DNA of 64,000 nucleotides from the human T2T-CHM13v2.0 reference genome, Homo sapiens. The number at the start of each line of letters is the position of its first letter. The first letter of the stretch is position 1. The DNA lies in NCBI RefSeq assembly GCF_009914755.1, contig NC_060940.1, one strand, 5' to 3'. A program made the position numbers and the translations under genes. Of the stretch, positions 39,242-52,511 are shown one piece after another. The notes under the pieces were generated by a model. It did not search any database. It was given only the letters and a program-made list of their open reading frames with translations, and had not been told where the DNA came from.

Positions 39242-39961
39242 GTGTTTAACGGAGACCTTCCTGAGCTATTTCCTGATAGCAGCTGGGAGCCTTTTGAACA
39301 GCCTGCAGCGGGATTCTGGAACAATCTAAACTGGCCATGGCAGTTCCAGGGGCAGGGCTGACTTTGAACTCCAGCAGGAAGTGCAGTGCGAGGCCAGCTC
39401 ACCCACTTCAGCGTCTCTTTCCTTTGGGTCGTTTAGACCCCAACAACACCCCCAAGTCCTGTCGCCCCTGCGGGAAGGAGAGGCTGGTGGGAGGAAAGAA
39501 GCCTTGTTGAGCATCTACTGCAGTCCCGCCCTGGGGCTATGGCTGGGAGCTGGACAGGCCGGGTCCTTGCCCTCCTGGGGCCTGCCTTCTAGTGGGGAGA
39601 GAGATAGAGACAGAGGAAACAAAACACAGACCAGAGGATTTCGGAGGGTCTGAGGACTCCGAGGAGAAGGGACATGATGATGTCACAGAGTCATTGTAGG
39701 GGAGGAGCCGGCCAGCCAGGGCAGGCAGGGGCGGCCTCTCTGACGAGAAGGAGGCCACTGGGCTGAGGCCAATGAATGGGAAAGAGCCAGCCACGTGGTG
39801 AGCTGGGAGAGGGCATCCCAGGCAGTGCAACCAGCGCTTGCAAAGGCCCTGGGGCTGGACAGTTCTTGGCGGAGTCTGAGGTACAGGATGATCCCTGGAT
39901 GAGCGCCTGAGTGCACGAAGCATGGGTGGAGAGGGTCAGCTCCCAGCGTGGCTGCAGGAGG
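39242..39961 (-). repeat. Inverted-repeat arm B (probable donor copy)
   Basis: Reverse complement of 33250-33970; its flanks are not L1. Confidence 0.97.
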
Positions 39962-40539
39962 CATCCTCTTCCTTTATCCCCTCTCCACCTGTCCCCCATT
40001 ACTCCTCCTTCCTCCCCCTGCCACATGGCAAGTCCCTGACCATGTCAGCTTCATCCTCTTCTCATTCCACAAGCTCTCCCCAAAAGACCCCATTCCTCCC
40101 CACCTTCAACCATCTCTGGCAGGGAGGGGGGGAACTGAGAGGCTACTTTCTGACCCAGGACCCTAAGCCTGTGTACGGAGAGAGCATGAGCTGGGTGAGC
40201 TGCTTGCCAAGGAGTGGCATCTGCCCTCATCAGTGGACACAAAAAGCCCCAGGGGTTAAGTGGCCATGGCTGCCCTCATGGCTGCACCGGGAGGATGACT
40301 GTGTTCCCACTCTCAGTCCTGCCGAGGTGCCTGACAGCCCTGCACCCAGGAGCTGGGGGGTCTAAGAGCTTGTAAAAAGTGTACAAGTGCCAGATGCTCG
40401 TTGTGCACAAATCTAAATGCAGAAAAGCACTGAAAGAAGAATCCAGAAAACCACAGTTCCCATTTTTATATGGGAGCAAACAAAGGCAGATCCCAAGCTC
40501 TTCCTCTTCCCTAGATCAATACAGACAGACAGACAGGTG

Positions 40540-40579
<40 letters not shown>
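40540..40579 (+). repeat. Forensic CODIS STR D16S539, (GATA)10
   Basis: Primer sites GGGGGTCTAAGAGCTTGTAAAAAG (40356-79), GATCCCAAGCTCTTCCTCTT (40489-508) and GATACATGCTTACAGATGCACACACAAAC (40611-39) flank 10 GATA units. Confidence 0.97.
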
Positions 40580-40804
40580 TCATTGAAAGACAAAACAGAG
40601 ATGGATGATAGATACATGCTTACAGATGCACACACAAACGCTAAATGGTATAAAAATGGAATCACTCTGTAGGCTGTTTTACCACCTACTTTACTAAATT
40701 AATGAGTTATTGAGTATAATTTAATTTTATATACTAATTTGAAACTGTGTCATTAGGTTTTTAAGTCTATGGCATCACTTTCGCTTGTATTTTTCTATTG
40801 ATTT

Positions 40805-41111
<307 letters not shown>

Positions 41112-41454
41112 TGATTTGGAAATTGTAAGGAGAGTCGTGCTCTCTATGAATTCACACAGTAGGGGGGTGAGTCAAGTGAGCAGGGAGCCACACTCGGCAT
41201 CACTCATCCCCAGCTGCACCCTGCTTGCTCAACAGTGCCTGTGTGTCCTGCCTTGCCTACTGTTTTATTCATACGGAAAGACACCCGCACGGTATTTATT
41301 TGACCAGAAATGGTGTCACATCATGCATGTATTTCCTGCAACTTCCTTTTTCCCTTGCCGAGTCCTGCATGAACATCTTTTCTGTCAGCTCATGTAGATC
41401 TTCCCAGCCTTTTACATGATTCCCAAACCATTCTTACTCCCTAAGAATTCGCCT

Positions 41455-41612
41455 CCACAAACCTCTTATGAGAACACCAGCCAGTGGCTGAGGGCCCTTC
41501 CTAGTACAATGTAACCTCGTCTTAACTGGATTCCAGCTGCAAGGACCCTGTTTCCAAATAAAGTCACATTCACGGAGATTTGGGGTTGGGGGACACAGTT
41601 AAATCCCTAGCA
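41455..41612 (-). mobile_element. MLT1A/B-like LTR fragment
   Basis: ctgcaaggaccctgtttccaaataaagtcacattc. Confidence 0.65.
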
Positions 41613-42084
41613 GCATCTGAGTTTGGGGTGCTTCCAGGAGGAGGCAAGAATTCAAGCACAAGTCATTTATTTGGGAGGTGCAGGGGACACCCCAGGGGAC
41701 TGGGGTGTGAGCACAGAGGTGAAGCCAGCCCCGCACTCAGAGTGTTGTTCATGCGGCTGCCCCACTGGGTGAAGAGAGCTCCCTCCTGCAGGGAAATGGG
41801 AAAATGGTGCAAAGCCCATGCCTTGGAATTCTCTGCCCAAGGGGTGAGGGAGCAGGAGTGCTCGCAGGCCACCTCCCGAGAGCTGTATGCTCCTCTCCGC
41901 ATGAGGCCTGAGAATTATATGGTCCTCACAGCATGAGGCCTGCCGCACTGGGTGTTGGCACAGCAGCCTGGTGTGGTTTGGGGAAAAGCCCTCAAGCCCA
42001 GACGTGCAAATCACGGTCGCTGGAAATGGGCCAGAGCCTGGCACTCAATGAATAGCCAGGCACCAGCAACATCAGCCTCCTGAT

Positions 42085-42190
42085 AGAAATGCAGAGTCCC
42101 AGGCCCCACCCCAGACCTGCAGAATCAGAATCCGCATTTCAGTGACATCTCCATCCTGGGTGTGCGTGTGGCAGCTTGAGAAGCACTGAG
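42085..42190. mobile_element. MER5-like fragment
   Basis: agaaatgcagagtcccaggccccaccccagacctgcagaatcagaatc. Confidence 0.65.
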
Positions 42191-43169
42191 CCGGCATCCA
42201 CTGGGAAGGCCAAGTAAGGGGTGGGAACACGGTAGGTACACTCAGAGCTGGCATTCTAGCCAGACCTCCAGGCCCCCAGTACTCCCCACCCAACTGCTCT
42301 CCTTCAGATGCAGTGGCCAGGAAAGCCCTCCAGCAGAACAGAGTCAGGATGGCACTAACCCACCAGGAAGGCAGACTTTGTGGTTGAAAGGATTGCCCGG
42401 TAAAGAACAAAGAAGGATGAGACTAAAGCAAGGTAGTCCATGGCTCCCCAGAGTCAGAGGCAGGAGCACTGGGGGCCCAGAGCACACAGGCCAGAGCGGA
42501 CCAGGGTTCTGGTTGCATCATGGTCAGGACCCTGCACATAGCAGGGCCGCTGGTTCAGAGTCAGCAGCAGCCAGCCTTCTTGAAGAACAGCTGCTCATTT
42601 CTGCACTCACCACAGCTTTCTGGAGGTCTCCCAGCCCTGCTGATAGAGAAACAACAGGCTTGTTTCCTGTTCAGTCCCAGCAGGCATGCACAGTCCCAAG
42701 AAAGACCTGTCCTGGAGCCAGTGACCACAAGGAGCCAAGGAACAGCCCTGCTCATCTTGTCTCCTCCCAGCTTCTACCTTGACCATGATTCCATTCCTAC
42801 CCACTGTCCAAGTGATCAGTCAGGCTACACACTCTGTCGGGAACTGGGGAGCAATTGAAGTTTATTGAGCAGGGGAAGCACTCTGAGGAAAGTGCTCTAG
42901 GCTGCAAGAATTGGCAACCAGGATGGTTGGGAGTGGGAGACAGCAGAGCACAATCATAGAACTGCTTATCTGGGAAAGCGTCCCATCATTTTCTGTAAGT
43001 ATTCCTCAAGCCCTGGCTTAGGAAAACAGGCAGAAAGATCTCCCTCTAGCCACATGAAATGCCAGGCATCTCTTAAAGCCCGGGGCAATTTTCCATTGAA
43101 AAGCAAGCTGGCCTTTAATGACAGGAAAAATAGCTCAGTTTATCATGGTCCATCCATATCATGTTACAT

Positions 43170-43540
43170 TATCAGGTCACAACTCCACTTCTCAAATAGC
43201 GTGTGCCTACGCATTCTGTGTGTTAGGGGCTGCCCTCTCAGGGAATGCTGGACAAGACATAGTCCCTTCCCCCACAGAGCTCACAGTCTAGAGAAGGATC
43301 TGGACAAGTCCCCAGGCACACACAAGGCAGGTAATTAAGGAAATCATGAGGACAGGGAGCTATGGGCACACCGAGGACTGGAGGGCTCCAGCCCAGACTG
43401 AAAGGATCAGGGAAGGCAACGTTCAAGTGGGCAAGACCTGAGAGACCAGCAAAGAAGAGGTAGGAGAGAGTTCCAGGCAGCCAGGCAACACGTGCCAAGG
43501 TCCTGAGGGTGCGGGTGCATCTGAAGAAATTCAACAAGAG
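43170..43540 (-). mobile_element. L2 fragment
   Basis: agacatagtccct..agagctcacagtctag..gttccaggcag..gtgccaaggtcctgagg. Confidence 0.6.
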
Positions 43541-43794
43541 ATTCCTTGTTGATGACTGAGGGTGGAAATGCTGGGGTGGTGGAGGAGACTAATGAGATGA
43601 GCACATCCATAAAATATGCATGCAGTGGGATTTCATTTTGTAGACTCACAGTTGCATTCACACATACACAGAGAAAAACAGCAGAAGAAAAAACACGAGA
43701 ATGCTCAGAGATGCTCTCTGGGTAATGCAACTACAAATGACTTGGTCTTCTTCATTCTATTCTATAATAATCAAATTTCCTACAATAAAAATTG

Positions 43795-44190
43795 TAGCAG
43801 TTCCCTATGGCTCATAAAATGCTGCACAAGAAACAACCACAATATCTTAGCAGCATGCTAATCCAGGTTGGGCTCAGCTGGGATGGCTCATCCTGCCCCT
43901 GGGGTCAGTTGGCTAACCTGAGTGTGTTCCTCTCATGGCAATAGCAGAGGCACACCGGAGCAGCATGCGAGGCCCCTTAAGGCCTGGGCTTGGAACCCTT
44001 GAGGCCTGGGCTGGGAACCAGCATGCCACTGCTTCTACCACTTTCTGTTGAACAAAGCAAGTCACATGATGAGCTCAAAGTTAAGAGGCGGGGAAATACA
44101 TTCTGTCTTTGTGGTGCTGGGGAACTGCAATGTCTTACGACAAAGGTAGTGGATCTGGGGACTGGTGAGGAATTTCAGCCAATGTTGTAG
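43795..44190 (-). mobile_element. MLT1-family LTR relic
   Basis: ggttgggctcagctgggatggctc..caaagcaagtcacatg. Confidence 0.55.
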
Positions 44191-44966
44191 TCAACGTGAG
44201 CATTGCAGGAATGTTATTGGAGAGGAAGAGGGAGGAGGAGGTGTGGGAACTGGAAATCAAGCTCCCGCCAATGCCCTTGAAAGGTAGGTGAAATCAGTAG
44301 TGTGTTGAGTCAGACATGTTAACCATCCAGGATGAAGAAGGCACATCTAGATCCACATCCTAAGAGCTCAGGGGCATGGGAGGACAAGGCAGAGAGAAAC
44401 CAAAACCCAGCTCTCCATCTGGGGAGAACTGGACATCACTGTTGCCTCAGTTTACCCATCTCTGAAATGGGGATGGAAGAGCCTCTGACATACTATTTGT
44501 GAGTGCTCATAATAGCACCTGGCATACAACACACACAACACAAGTCATTTTTAAATATAAATAAAGCACACACGGGACAGTAGGCTTCTTCAGTCTCTCC
44601 CTTCGAATTGGCCCTGTCTACAGAGAGATGGTAGCCCCTACCCAGCCTGCAGCCCTCCGCAGGCCCCTTTACCTAGTGTCTTGCACACTGCTTCTCTCTT
44701 TCTGTGAAATAAATACAGCACTTCCCTCCGGCAAAAGAGAAACAAAAGCAGTTCCTTAATGCATAAGAAGAAAGTATGGAAGAAATTCCAGTTTGATGGT
44801 CTACAGGTATGTTTGTTTGGACTGGCGCATATAAATCAGTGCCTGGCTTACATCAGATTATCACAGCGGAGTGGGCTCTGGGCTGATTGCACCTTTACAA
44901 TCTGTTTACGAGGAGGGCTGAAGTGAAGCGTTCTGGAAGAGGCTGCTGCATAAGCCTTTAAAAGTT

Positions 44967-45095
44967 TTCATAATTGCTCAGCTTGGACCGTTCTGCACTG
45001 GGAGACACAGCCCCATGAAGCAACTGAGGGGTGTTCATAATTGCTCAGCTTGGACCATTCTGCATTAGGAGACACAGCCCCATGGAGCAACTGAG
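44967..45095. repeat. Two-copy 67-bp tandem duplication
   Basis: ttcataattgctcagcttggacc..caactgag begins at 44967 and 45034, ~4 mismatches. Confidence 0.9.
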
Positions 45096-45474
45096 AGATG
45101 TGATCCCTTCCTCCCGCTCCAGCCACCCCTGAGCCCCGAATGCTGCCCCAACACCACCCAGGGATGGTCCCTGGGAACACTGGAGGATCTTTCCCTCTAC
45201 TGCTTTTCCCTGAGGATATATGAATGTGTCTGGGAGTTTACAAGACACACTTATATGCGCACTCATCTTACGTGTCCTGGTTACCCCTTACGTCTCAGTC
45301 CCCTCCCCATACATCATTCCAGAAGGTACATCTTTCTTTGCTGCATCCTCAGGACCTTTGCACGTGCTGTTGCTTCTGCCTGGAGCACAGTCCACCTTTC
45401 ACAGCCTAGGAGACGGACAGAAGCTGAGCTGGTTCCTGCCCATCTCCCAGGTTGAATGTTGTCTTCCTTGATGC

Positions 45475-46036
45475 TGGGATGGGGGCTAGTGTGGACTGCA
45501 TCTTGCCCCTCTAACATTTATGGGTTGAAATCTTAGCCCCCGGCAGCTCAGAACTTGGCCTTATTTGGAAATAGGGTCATTGCAGATGTAATGTTGGGTG
45601 AGGAGGAGGTTGCACTAGAGTGGAGTAGTCTGTAATCTAATATGACTGTGTCCTTATAGAAAGGGGAGATTTGGACACAGACATGCACACAGGGAGAAAG
45701 CCACATGAAGATGAAGGCTGAGGTTGGGGTGACACTTCCACAAGCCTGGAATGCAAAAATCACCAGCAACCACCAGAAGCCAGGGAATGAGCCTGGAACG
45801 GTCCCCACCCTCCCCCGCTACCCCTCTTTCCCCTCCCCACCACCCCTTCCCCCGCCCCCCTCCACCCCTTTCCCCGCCCCACCACCCCTTCCCCCACTGC
45901 AGCCTCGGGAGGAGCCAGTCCTGCTGACACCTGGATCTGGAACTTCTGGCCTCCAGGATGTGAGACAATGAATTCCTGTTGTTGAACCTGCCCAGTCGGT
46001 GGCACTTTGTTAAGGTAGCTCCAGGAAACAAGCACA
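45475..46036 (+). mobile_element. MLT1C-like solo LTR with an internal C-rich insert
   Basis: ccttatttggaaatagggtcattgcagatgtaat..ttctggcctccagga..gagacaatgaattcctgttg. Confidence 0.8.
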
Positions 46037-46799
46037 GGGGCCCTCCTGGGTGCCCTCTCCCTCCCTTGCGCCAGCTTGGGAGCCTGCTCCTCATGGACAG
46101 GCATCGGCCTCCGTTGGCACCTGAGAGTCAGAAGTGGCTGGAATGGTGGATGGAAGACAAAGCTGAGGGCATGCTGCATGCCAGAGCATAGGAGGGAGCT
46201 AGGGGTGTTCCCGGGAAGAAATGGCCTGGGCTCACAGGTAATCCTGTGTAAGCGCGTAGATGTGTGCCTAGAGTGTTTCTCAAGTCTCAGTTATGAAGAT
46301 CAGGGGTCTCACACTCAAATCTCCATGGACAAATAACTCGGGTTGGAATATGTTTGCCTGAAGGAAATGTATTCAATCGGGGACTGATTAGTGAGAATGG
46401 TTATGTATGAAAGTGCACTCACCGAGTTCTCAGACTCAATTATATAGAACAGGGTCTCAGCATCATACAGGGACCAAGGGCAGCCAAGGTCAAGGGGGGG
46501 AAAGAGCCCCATCTTGGCTCTAGGGCATTTCGGGAGTAAAGTCCAATGTGGCTGGATTTTCTGGTGTTTCAAAACATACAAACAAACAACAACAACAATT
46601 AAAAAAACAAAACTGAGTATCTAGACCTTTAGGTGCAATTTTCATATTTTTGAATATTGATACTTAATTTTTAAAAATGAACCACAGCGCTGTGTGGAGC
46701 AGTGAAAGCACAGGTTTGTGACCTCTGGAAGGGCAGCAAGGTTCAGCTGAGTGGTTTCTGGGGCCACCCTGGCTCTGGGTTCCCCCCGGAGCTCAGTAA

Positions 46800-46924
46800 C
46801 ATGGAGATACCACTGCACACACACTGAGAGGTTCTTTATTTTTGAGGGATACCTGTGGTATCATGGAGATACCACCACACACATATTGAGGGGTTCTTTA
46901 TCTACAAGGGATACCTGTGGTATC
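46800..46924. repeat. Two-copy ~62-bp tandem duplication
   Basis: catggagataccac..gggatacctgtggtat occurs twice. Confidence 0.85.
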
Positions 46925-47204
46925 AGCTTCTCTCTCCACTGGGGTTTCATGCTCTGCAGTGGTAATCACTGTATCTTTTTTTCTTTTCTTTTCTCTCTTG
47001 GTCTCCCTCTCTCTTTTTCTCTCCCTTCTCACTCACGTATTTGCAGGGAGTAATGAAGCTCTGGAGACAGTCAGAGCAGAGCCCTCGAAAGTGTGGGGCT
47101 CAGAGCCGGGGTGCCAGTCACTGTGGTCTCAGGGATGACTGAGGGTCTCAGGGATGACTGAGGGAGAGGGAGGGAGATCATTTAAGCCCTTCTTCTGGGC
47201 TTTT

Positions 47205-47847
47205 AGTTCTTTTTATTCGTAATTCTTAAGTCATGTGATATACATGCAGAAAAGTGCATATATGATAAGCTCAATGCATTTGTACAAACTGAACACACCT
47301 GTGAAGCCAGTGCCCAGACCAAGAAACAGAACGTGGCCAGCATCCTAGGAGATGTGCACATCAGCCCACCTGATCCATGCAGCGCTGACCACACAGGGCG
47401 TTTCTCCCACTTCACAGATGAAGAAACTGAGGCTCGGAGCAGGGAAGGATCTTCCTTTGAGCCCCTTCTCGCCATCACCTACCCTTGAAGAAAAAGCACA
47501 ACCCTACCTCTAACACCATCGACCAGCTTTGCCTGTTTTGTAATTTAAATAAATGGACTCACACAGTATGGGGTCTCTTGTGTCTGGCTTCTTTCCTGCA
47601 ACCTGATGTTTAAGGGACTCATTCCCATTGCACGCAGGTATAGACCATTTGTTCTTAATGCTAATGCAATCCATTTGCATGAACATGTGATTTATCTCTT
47701 CTGCTGTGAATGGCGTTTGGTTTATTTTGAATGCTGGGGTTGTGAGCAAGCAGAGCTGCTCTGAACATTCTAGTGTGTGACTTTCGATGAACTTATGTAG
47801 GCATGCTTGTTGGGTGCACACTGGGGAGTGGAATTGCTGGGGTGCAG
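47205..47847 (-). mobile_element. Old L1M(D/E) 3' region with a nested MIR fragment
   Basis: catgcagaaaagtgcata..caaactgaacacacctgtg..ggagtggaattgctggg. Confidence 0.7.
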
Positions 47848-47848
47848 A

Positions 47849-47909
47849 ATCCACCTGCCTCGGCCTCCCAAAGGGCTGGGATTACAGGTGTGAGCCACCG
47901 CGCCCGGCC
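47849..47909 (-). mobile_element. Alu 5' fragment (~60 bp) fused to L1
   Basis: atccacctgcctcggcctcccaaag..gagccaccgcgcccggcc. Confidence 0.85.
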
Positions 47910-48411
47910 TAATGTTGTTTTGTTTTGTTCTGAGATGCCATTTATTATTTGGCTACAAAAAGCCTGTGTCAGGGATGCTCAGTGGGTTCCTGAAGACACA
48001 GAGACTTTAGAAGCCCCTTGAAGGGCAAGTTATAGCTACAGACCTGGACTCTGGGGACACAGGCCCCTCCAGGACTAAGGGCTGCTTGTAGCCATGGCCG
48101 CTAACACGGTTGAAACGATTCCTGCCTGCCGAGAGCTTTGTCTTCATCAGCTCGTGGAATCCACACAGCATTGCACTGTGCTTCTCCCATTTCGCAGCTG
48201 AGGAAACTGAGACTCAGGGCAGTGAAGGATCTTCTCCAGGACCACACAGCTGGCACGTGATAGATGTAGAATGGAAAACCAGGTCGGTCTGATGTAAAAT
48301 CACACACATGTACATGTGCACACACACACATGCACACGGGCAGCCTCTTGATCACGCGTGGGATTTTTGTTTTGCAACCAGTAAAACAGTGACCTGCTTT
48401 TATTTTTAAAA

Positions 48412-48708
48412 ATTTTCTTTCATTTTTGAGACAGAGTCTCACTCTGTCACCCAGGCTGGAGTGAGGTGGTGTGATATTGGCTCACTGAAACTTCCACCTC
48501 CTGGGTTCAACTGATTCTCCTGCCTCAGCCTCCCGAGTAGCTGGGGTCACAGGTGCCCGCCACCATGCCCGGCTGATTTTTGTGTTTTTAGTAGAGACAG
48601 CGTTCACCATGTTTGCCAGGCTGGTGTTCGACCCCTGACCTCAAGTAATCTGCCCACCTCAGCCTCCCAAAGTGCTGGGATTACAGGTGTGAGCCACCAC
48701 ACCTGGCC
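48412..48708 (-). mobile_element. AluS element
   Basis: gagacagagtctcactctgtcacccaggc..gagccaccacacctggcc. Confidence 0.92.
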
Positions 48709-49906
48709 AGTGACCCACTTTTAACTGCAGGCTGGACCCCAGGTCTGCAGGGTTTCTGAAGCTCAGGTGAAACACAGGTGACAGATGATCACTGTCTCTC
48801 CTGGCCCTGGGTGTAATGTCTGCAAACAGGGCAGGCAGCCCACTCACTCAGAGCCCCGGTCACCAGGACCCCTCAGTGGGAGGACAGACCTTAGGCAGGG
48901 TAAAAGGACTCTGATCAGCATCTGCAGTGCTGTTAATAAGCTAAATCATGAACTCACGTAGAAAATTGAGTCATCGCCTCAAATGGGCAATTCAATAAAG
49001 GAAAACATGGAAATCGACAGCATAGAAGAAAACTTTCCCTTCTCACCAGTAATCCAAGTCACACACGTAATAAACACAGAACGGTATTTTTTTCATTGAT
49101 TAGTTTGGCAAATACTTTTTTCAATGTTAATACACAATGTCGGAGAGGAGAATAGAAATTGTTGCACGTTTTACATGTTTCCAGAGGCCATGAGAGTAAT
49201 TTGTAGATTTTGATCCAGGAACTTTATTTCTAGGAATTTATTAGGGAAAAAACCATAAATGTGAAAATTGATTTGCATACAAAGATGTTCATTGCAGCAA
49301 AAGTCATTGGAAATAACCCAGAGTATTTCTGAGACAATGTCCTCCCTGTTGCTACCTCTATTTATCCATCCCCACTTCCCCCATCTTCTGTGTGCTTTGC
49401 TTCTGGTGACCTGCACCTGTGACTCTCTTTGAAGTCCTGTTCTTGAGCTATAGGGGCTGCTTCACTCGTAGATGCACAGGAGGCTCCTCGGACCTTGAGA
49501 CCCTCCTGAGTGGCCCTGGCCAGTGACTGACGAGGGCAGGGCCAATAAAGCCCCAGCTGCCTTAAGAACAATGAGCAATGCTGCCGAAAAAGGCTCCGGC
49601 TGGGACCCTGCCTGAAATGGCAACTGCTCAGCTTGTCCTTCTCTGTCCTGCTTCCACTGCTCCCTCACTCATCTCTCTGGGAAGTCTTTCTTCCTTGATA
49701 AGCCACCCACATGTGGATCCTTATATCATGGTCTGCCTCTACAGAACTGATTTTAGACTGTTTAAACTAAGCAATGCCAGTGGTAATCAGATGTTCTTTC
49801 TTTGGTCACCAACTGTCCCCTAACGTGGTTGAAGTCTATAGAAAGCCATCTAAAGCACCCTGAGGATGACACAGTGGTTTGTATTTAGAGGCAATGCTGT
49901 GAATAA

Positions 49907-50310
<404 letters not shown>

Positions 50311-50329
50311 TGAAATTATTGATTATCCA

Positions 50330-50780
50330 CACAACATTTATTCTTCCCTTATTTCTTATTAACAGAGCCAAGTTTTAATGGGCATCTAAAAAACTACATT
50401 TCCCAATCTCCCTTGCAAATAGGTATAATCATGTGACGCCATTAGAGCCAACTGGCTGTACGCATCATTGCCCCTAGAGTCAAACAGAATCTGTTCATTT
50501 GACCTTCACTTACTCCCGTCTTTCCACCTGGAGCAGGGATGGGCTGGTGGAGATGTCGCCACCATCTTGACACCATGAGGTAACAATAAAAGAAAGTTAG
50601 AGAAAATGGAAAAGATCTCGACTCTGACAGCGTTGTATTGAACCAATGCTATTTACTGCAGCCTTAGGATTTCTCAGCACTTGAGAAAAAAAAAACTCGT
50701 ACCAACTGTGTTCAAGCCACCAACTGGTGGGGGTGGGGTGAGGTCGGGGGGTTCTGTTAGTGGCACCCAAATGTGATTCT
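50330..50780 (+). mobile_element. MLT1-family LTR relic
   Basis: actacatttcccaatctcccttgca..catgtgac..ccatcttgacaccatgagg. Confidence 0.6.
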
Positions 50781-52511
50781 TTGATATACTCCATCACATC
50801 AAGGGAAGGTTCTGATGGCCAACTTTCCAGAACAGACCCTTTTTTGGGCTTTTTATGCACCCACAAAACCCACTTTCAGAAATGCCATTCTTCCTCTAAT
50901 CAGACAAAGAATGTTCCAGCTTCCTAGGGACCCACAGGCTGTTGGAAGAATTCCATGTCTCTCTCTGTCATCAGCATGCTCCAGCCCCTGCCTGGAAGGG
51001 TCTGAAATGACAGCCTTTAACTCACCACGCTGGTGAGGAAACATTCCCTGTCTACCACATGTAATCCCAGCAGGAAGACGAAAACTGGCATCCAACGTGG
51101 CCTGTGTACTCAGAGAAAAAGAATTTATAGGAAACAGAATCTACCTCTTGCTCAACCCCTAGAACAAAAACCCAGTGCTTAATCAGATTATTATAGCAAA
51201 TATGCCACAACAGGGACTCGTTAAATGAATTTGGATACCTTTCTATGATGGAAAACTATTCATTTACAATGAGGCCATAAAATACTTAATGCATGTTAAA
51301 ATGTTCACAGCATATTGAGTGGGATGAAGGGTTACAAATAGCCATGTAGAATACAGATTTTAAGTACACACAATATACAAAACAGAAAAAAAGTACTAAA
51401 AGGGAGTTGTATTCAACATTTAATAGGCATTTTTCTTTAGCGGGATTATACGTGATACCTACCTTCATTGTTTGTTGCCTGGATAAAAGAAAGAACAACG
51501 TGATCAGTAAGCTGTAACCCTCTGTATTTTGTACTCAGATTAATGGATCTGATTTCAGTTGTAAAGAGGTCAGCTGGGTCCCTGGCAAATTTTATCTTCC
51601 ACCATTATCCAAACAAAATTGGCTAAATATACTTTTAACAACAGGGCTCTATGGGTGCCACATGTCCACCCCCACCCCACCCCACCCACCACCTTTTTTT
51701 TGGGAAAATCCCCGTTTGCAGAAGGTTTTCATCCTGACACGCTCAGTAAAAACATAACTGGACACGGCTGCTTGCTCATCAATCCAACTGGCTCCTCTAA
51801 GCCATTCAGAAGAGTGGTTTTTACTTCTTCAGCTCAAACCATTAGGGAAGCATTTATAGAGCACCAGATGTTTGCTTCCTCTGAGGGTATCCAGAAAGTC
51901 CTCAAGGCTGCTGGCTTCTTTTTTGCTCCTGCAGGGAAGAAAACTAACTTCCAAGGAGGAGAAGGAGGACTGAGGGCAAACTCACGATGGTCATAAGTAG
52001 GATCTTTCCAAAAAGTTCCAGAACTATCTGAAAACGATGCCCATGCATCTCAATAAATCAGAGTCTCTTTTAATGAGACTGGCAGCCCTGTGCCTATTTT
52101 TAAAAGTTTATGACCCTGAATTTGCGAGGAAAAGCAGCCAGGCATTGCCCGGAGCTGTGCAGAGCGAAGCATTTTAAGTTTCCATCTCACTCCTGAGAGG
52201 CAATCCATCATGATAAGGAGGGGCAGGGAGGGAAGGAGCTGAGCTCCCTGCAGCCTCCCGCCTGGCGTAGCTGTTTAAGTGGCAGGCACTGCAAGCCCAG
52301 TCCATTAACCAAAAAAGGGTGCTGCGCCTGAGCTATTTCTAGCTCCCTGCCAAGGCTCAGAGAGGCACAGACCTGTGGATTCCTGCACAGTGAAGTGTCC
52401 CGCCTGGCATCATCTGACATAGGCTTTCTCCCCCGACACCAAGAGCTGGAACAACCTTGTTCAGAGAAACACAAATAAGTACAAGAACGGCCTTATTGGG
52501 TCTCGTTATTA

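Noticed and set aside
47125-47162. 19-bp tandem duplication GGTCTCAGGGATGACTGAG x2
   Set aside because: Ordinary slippage duplication with no further structure.
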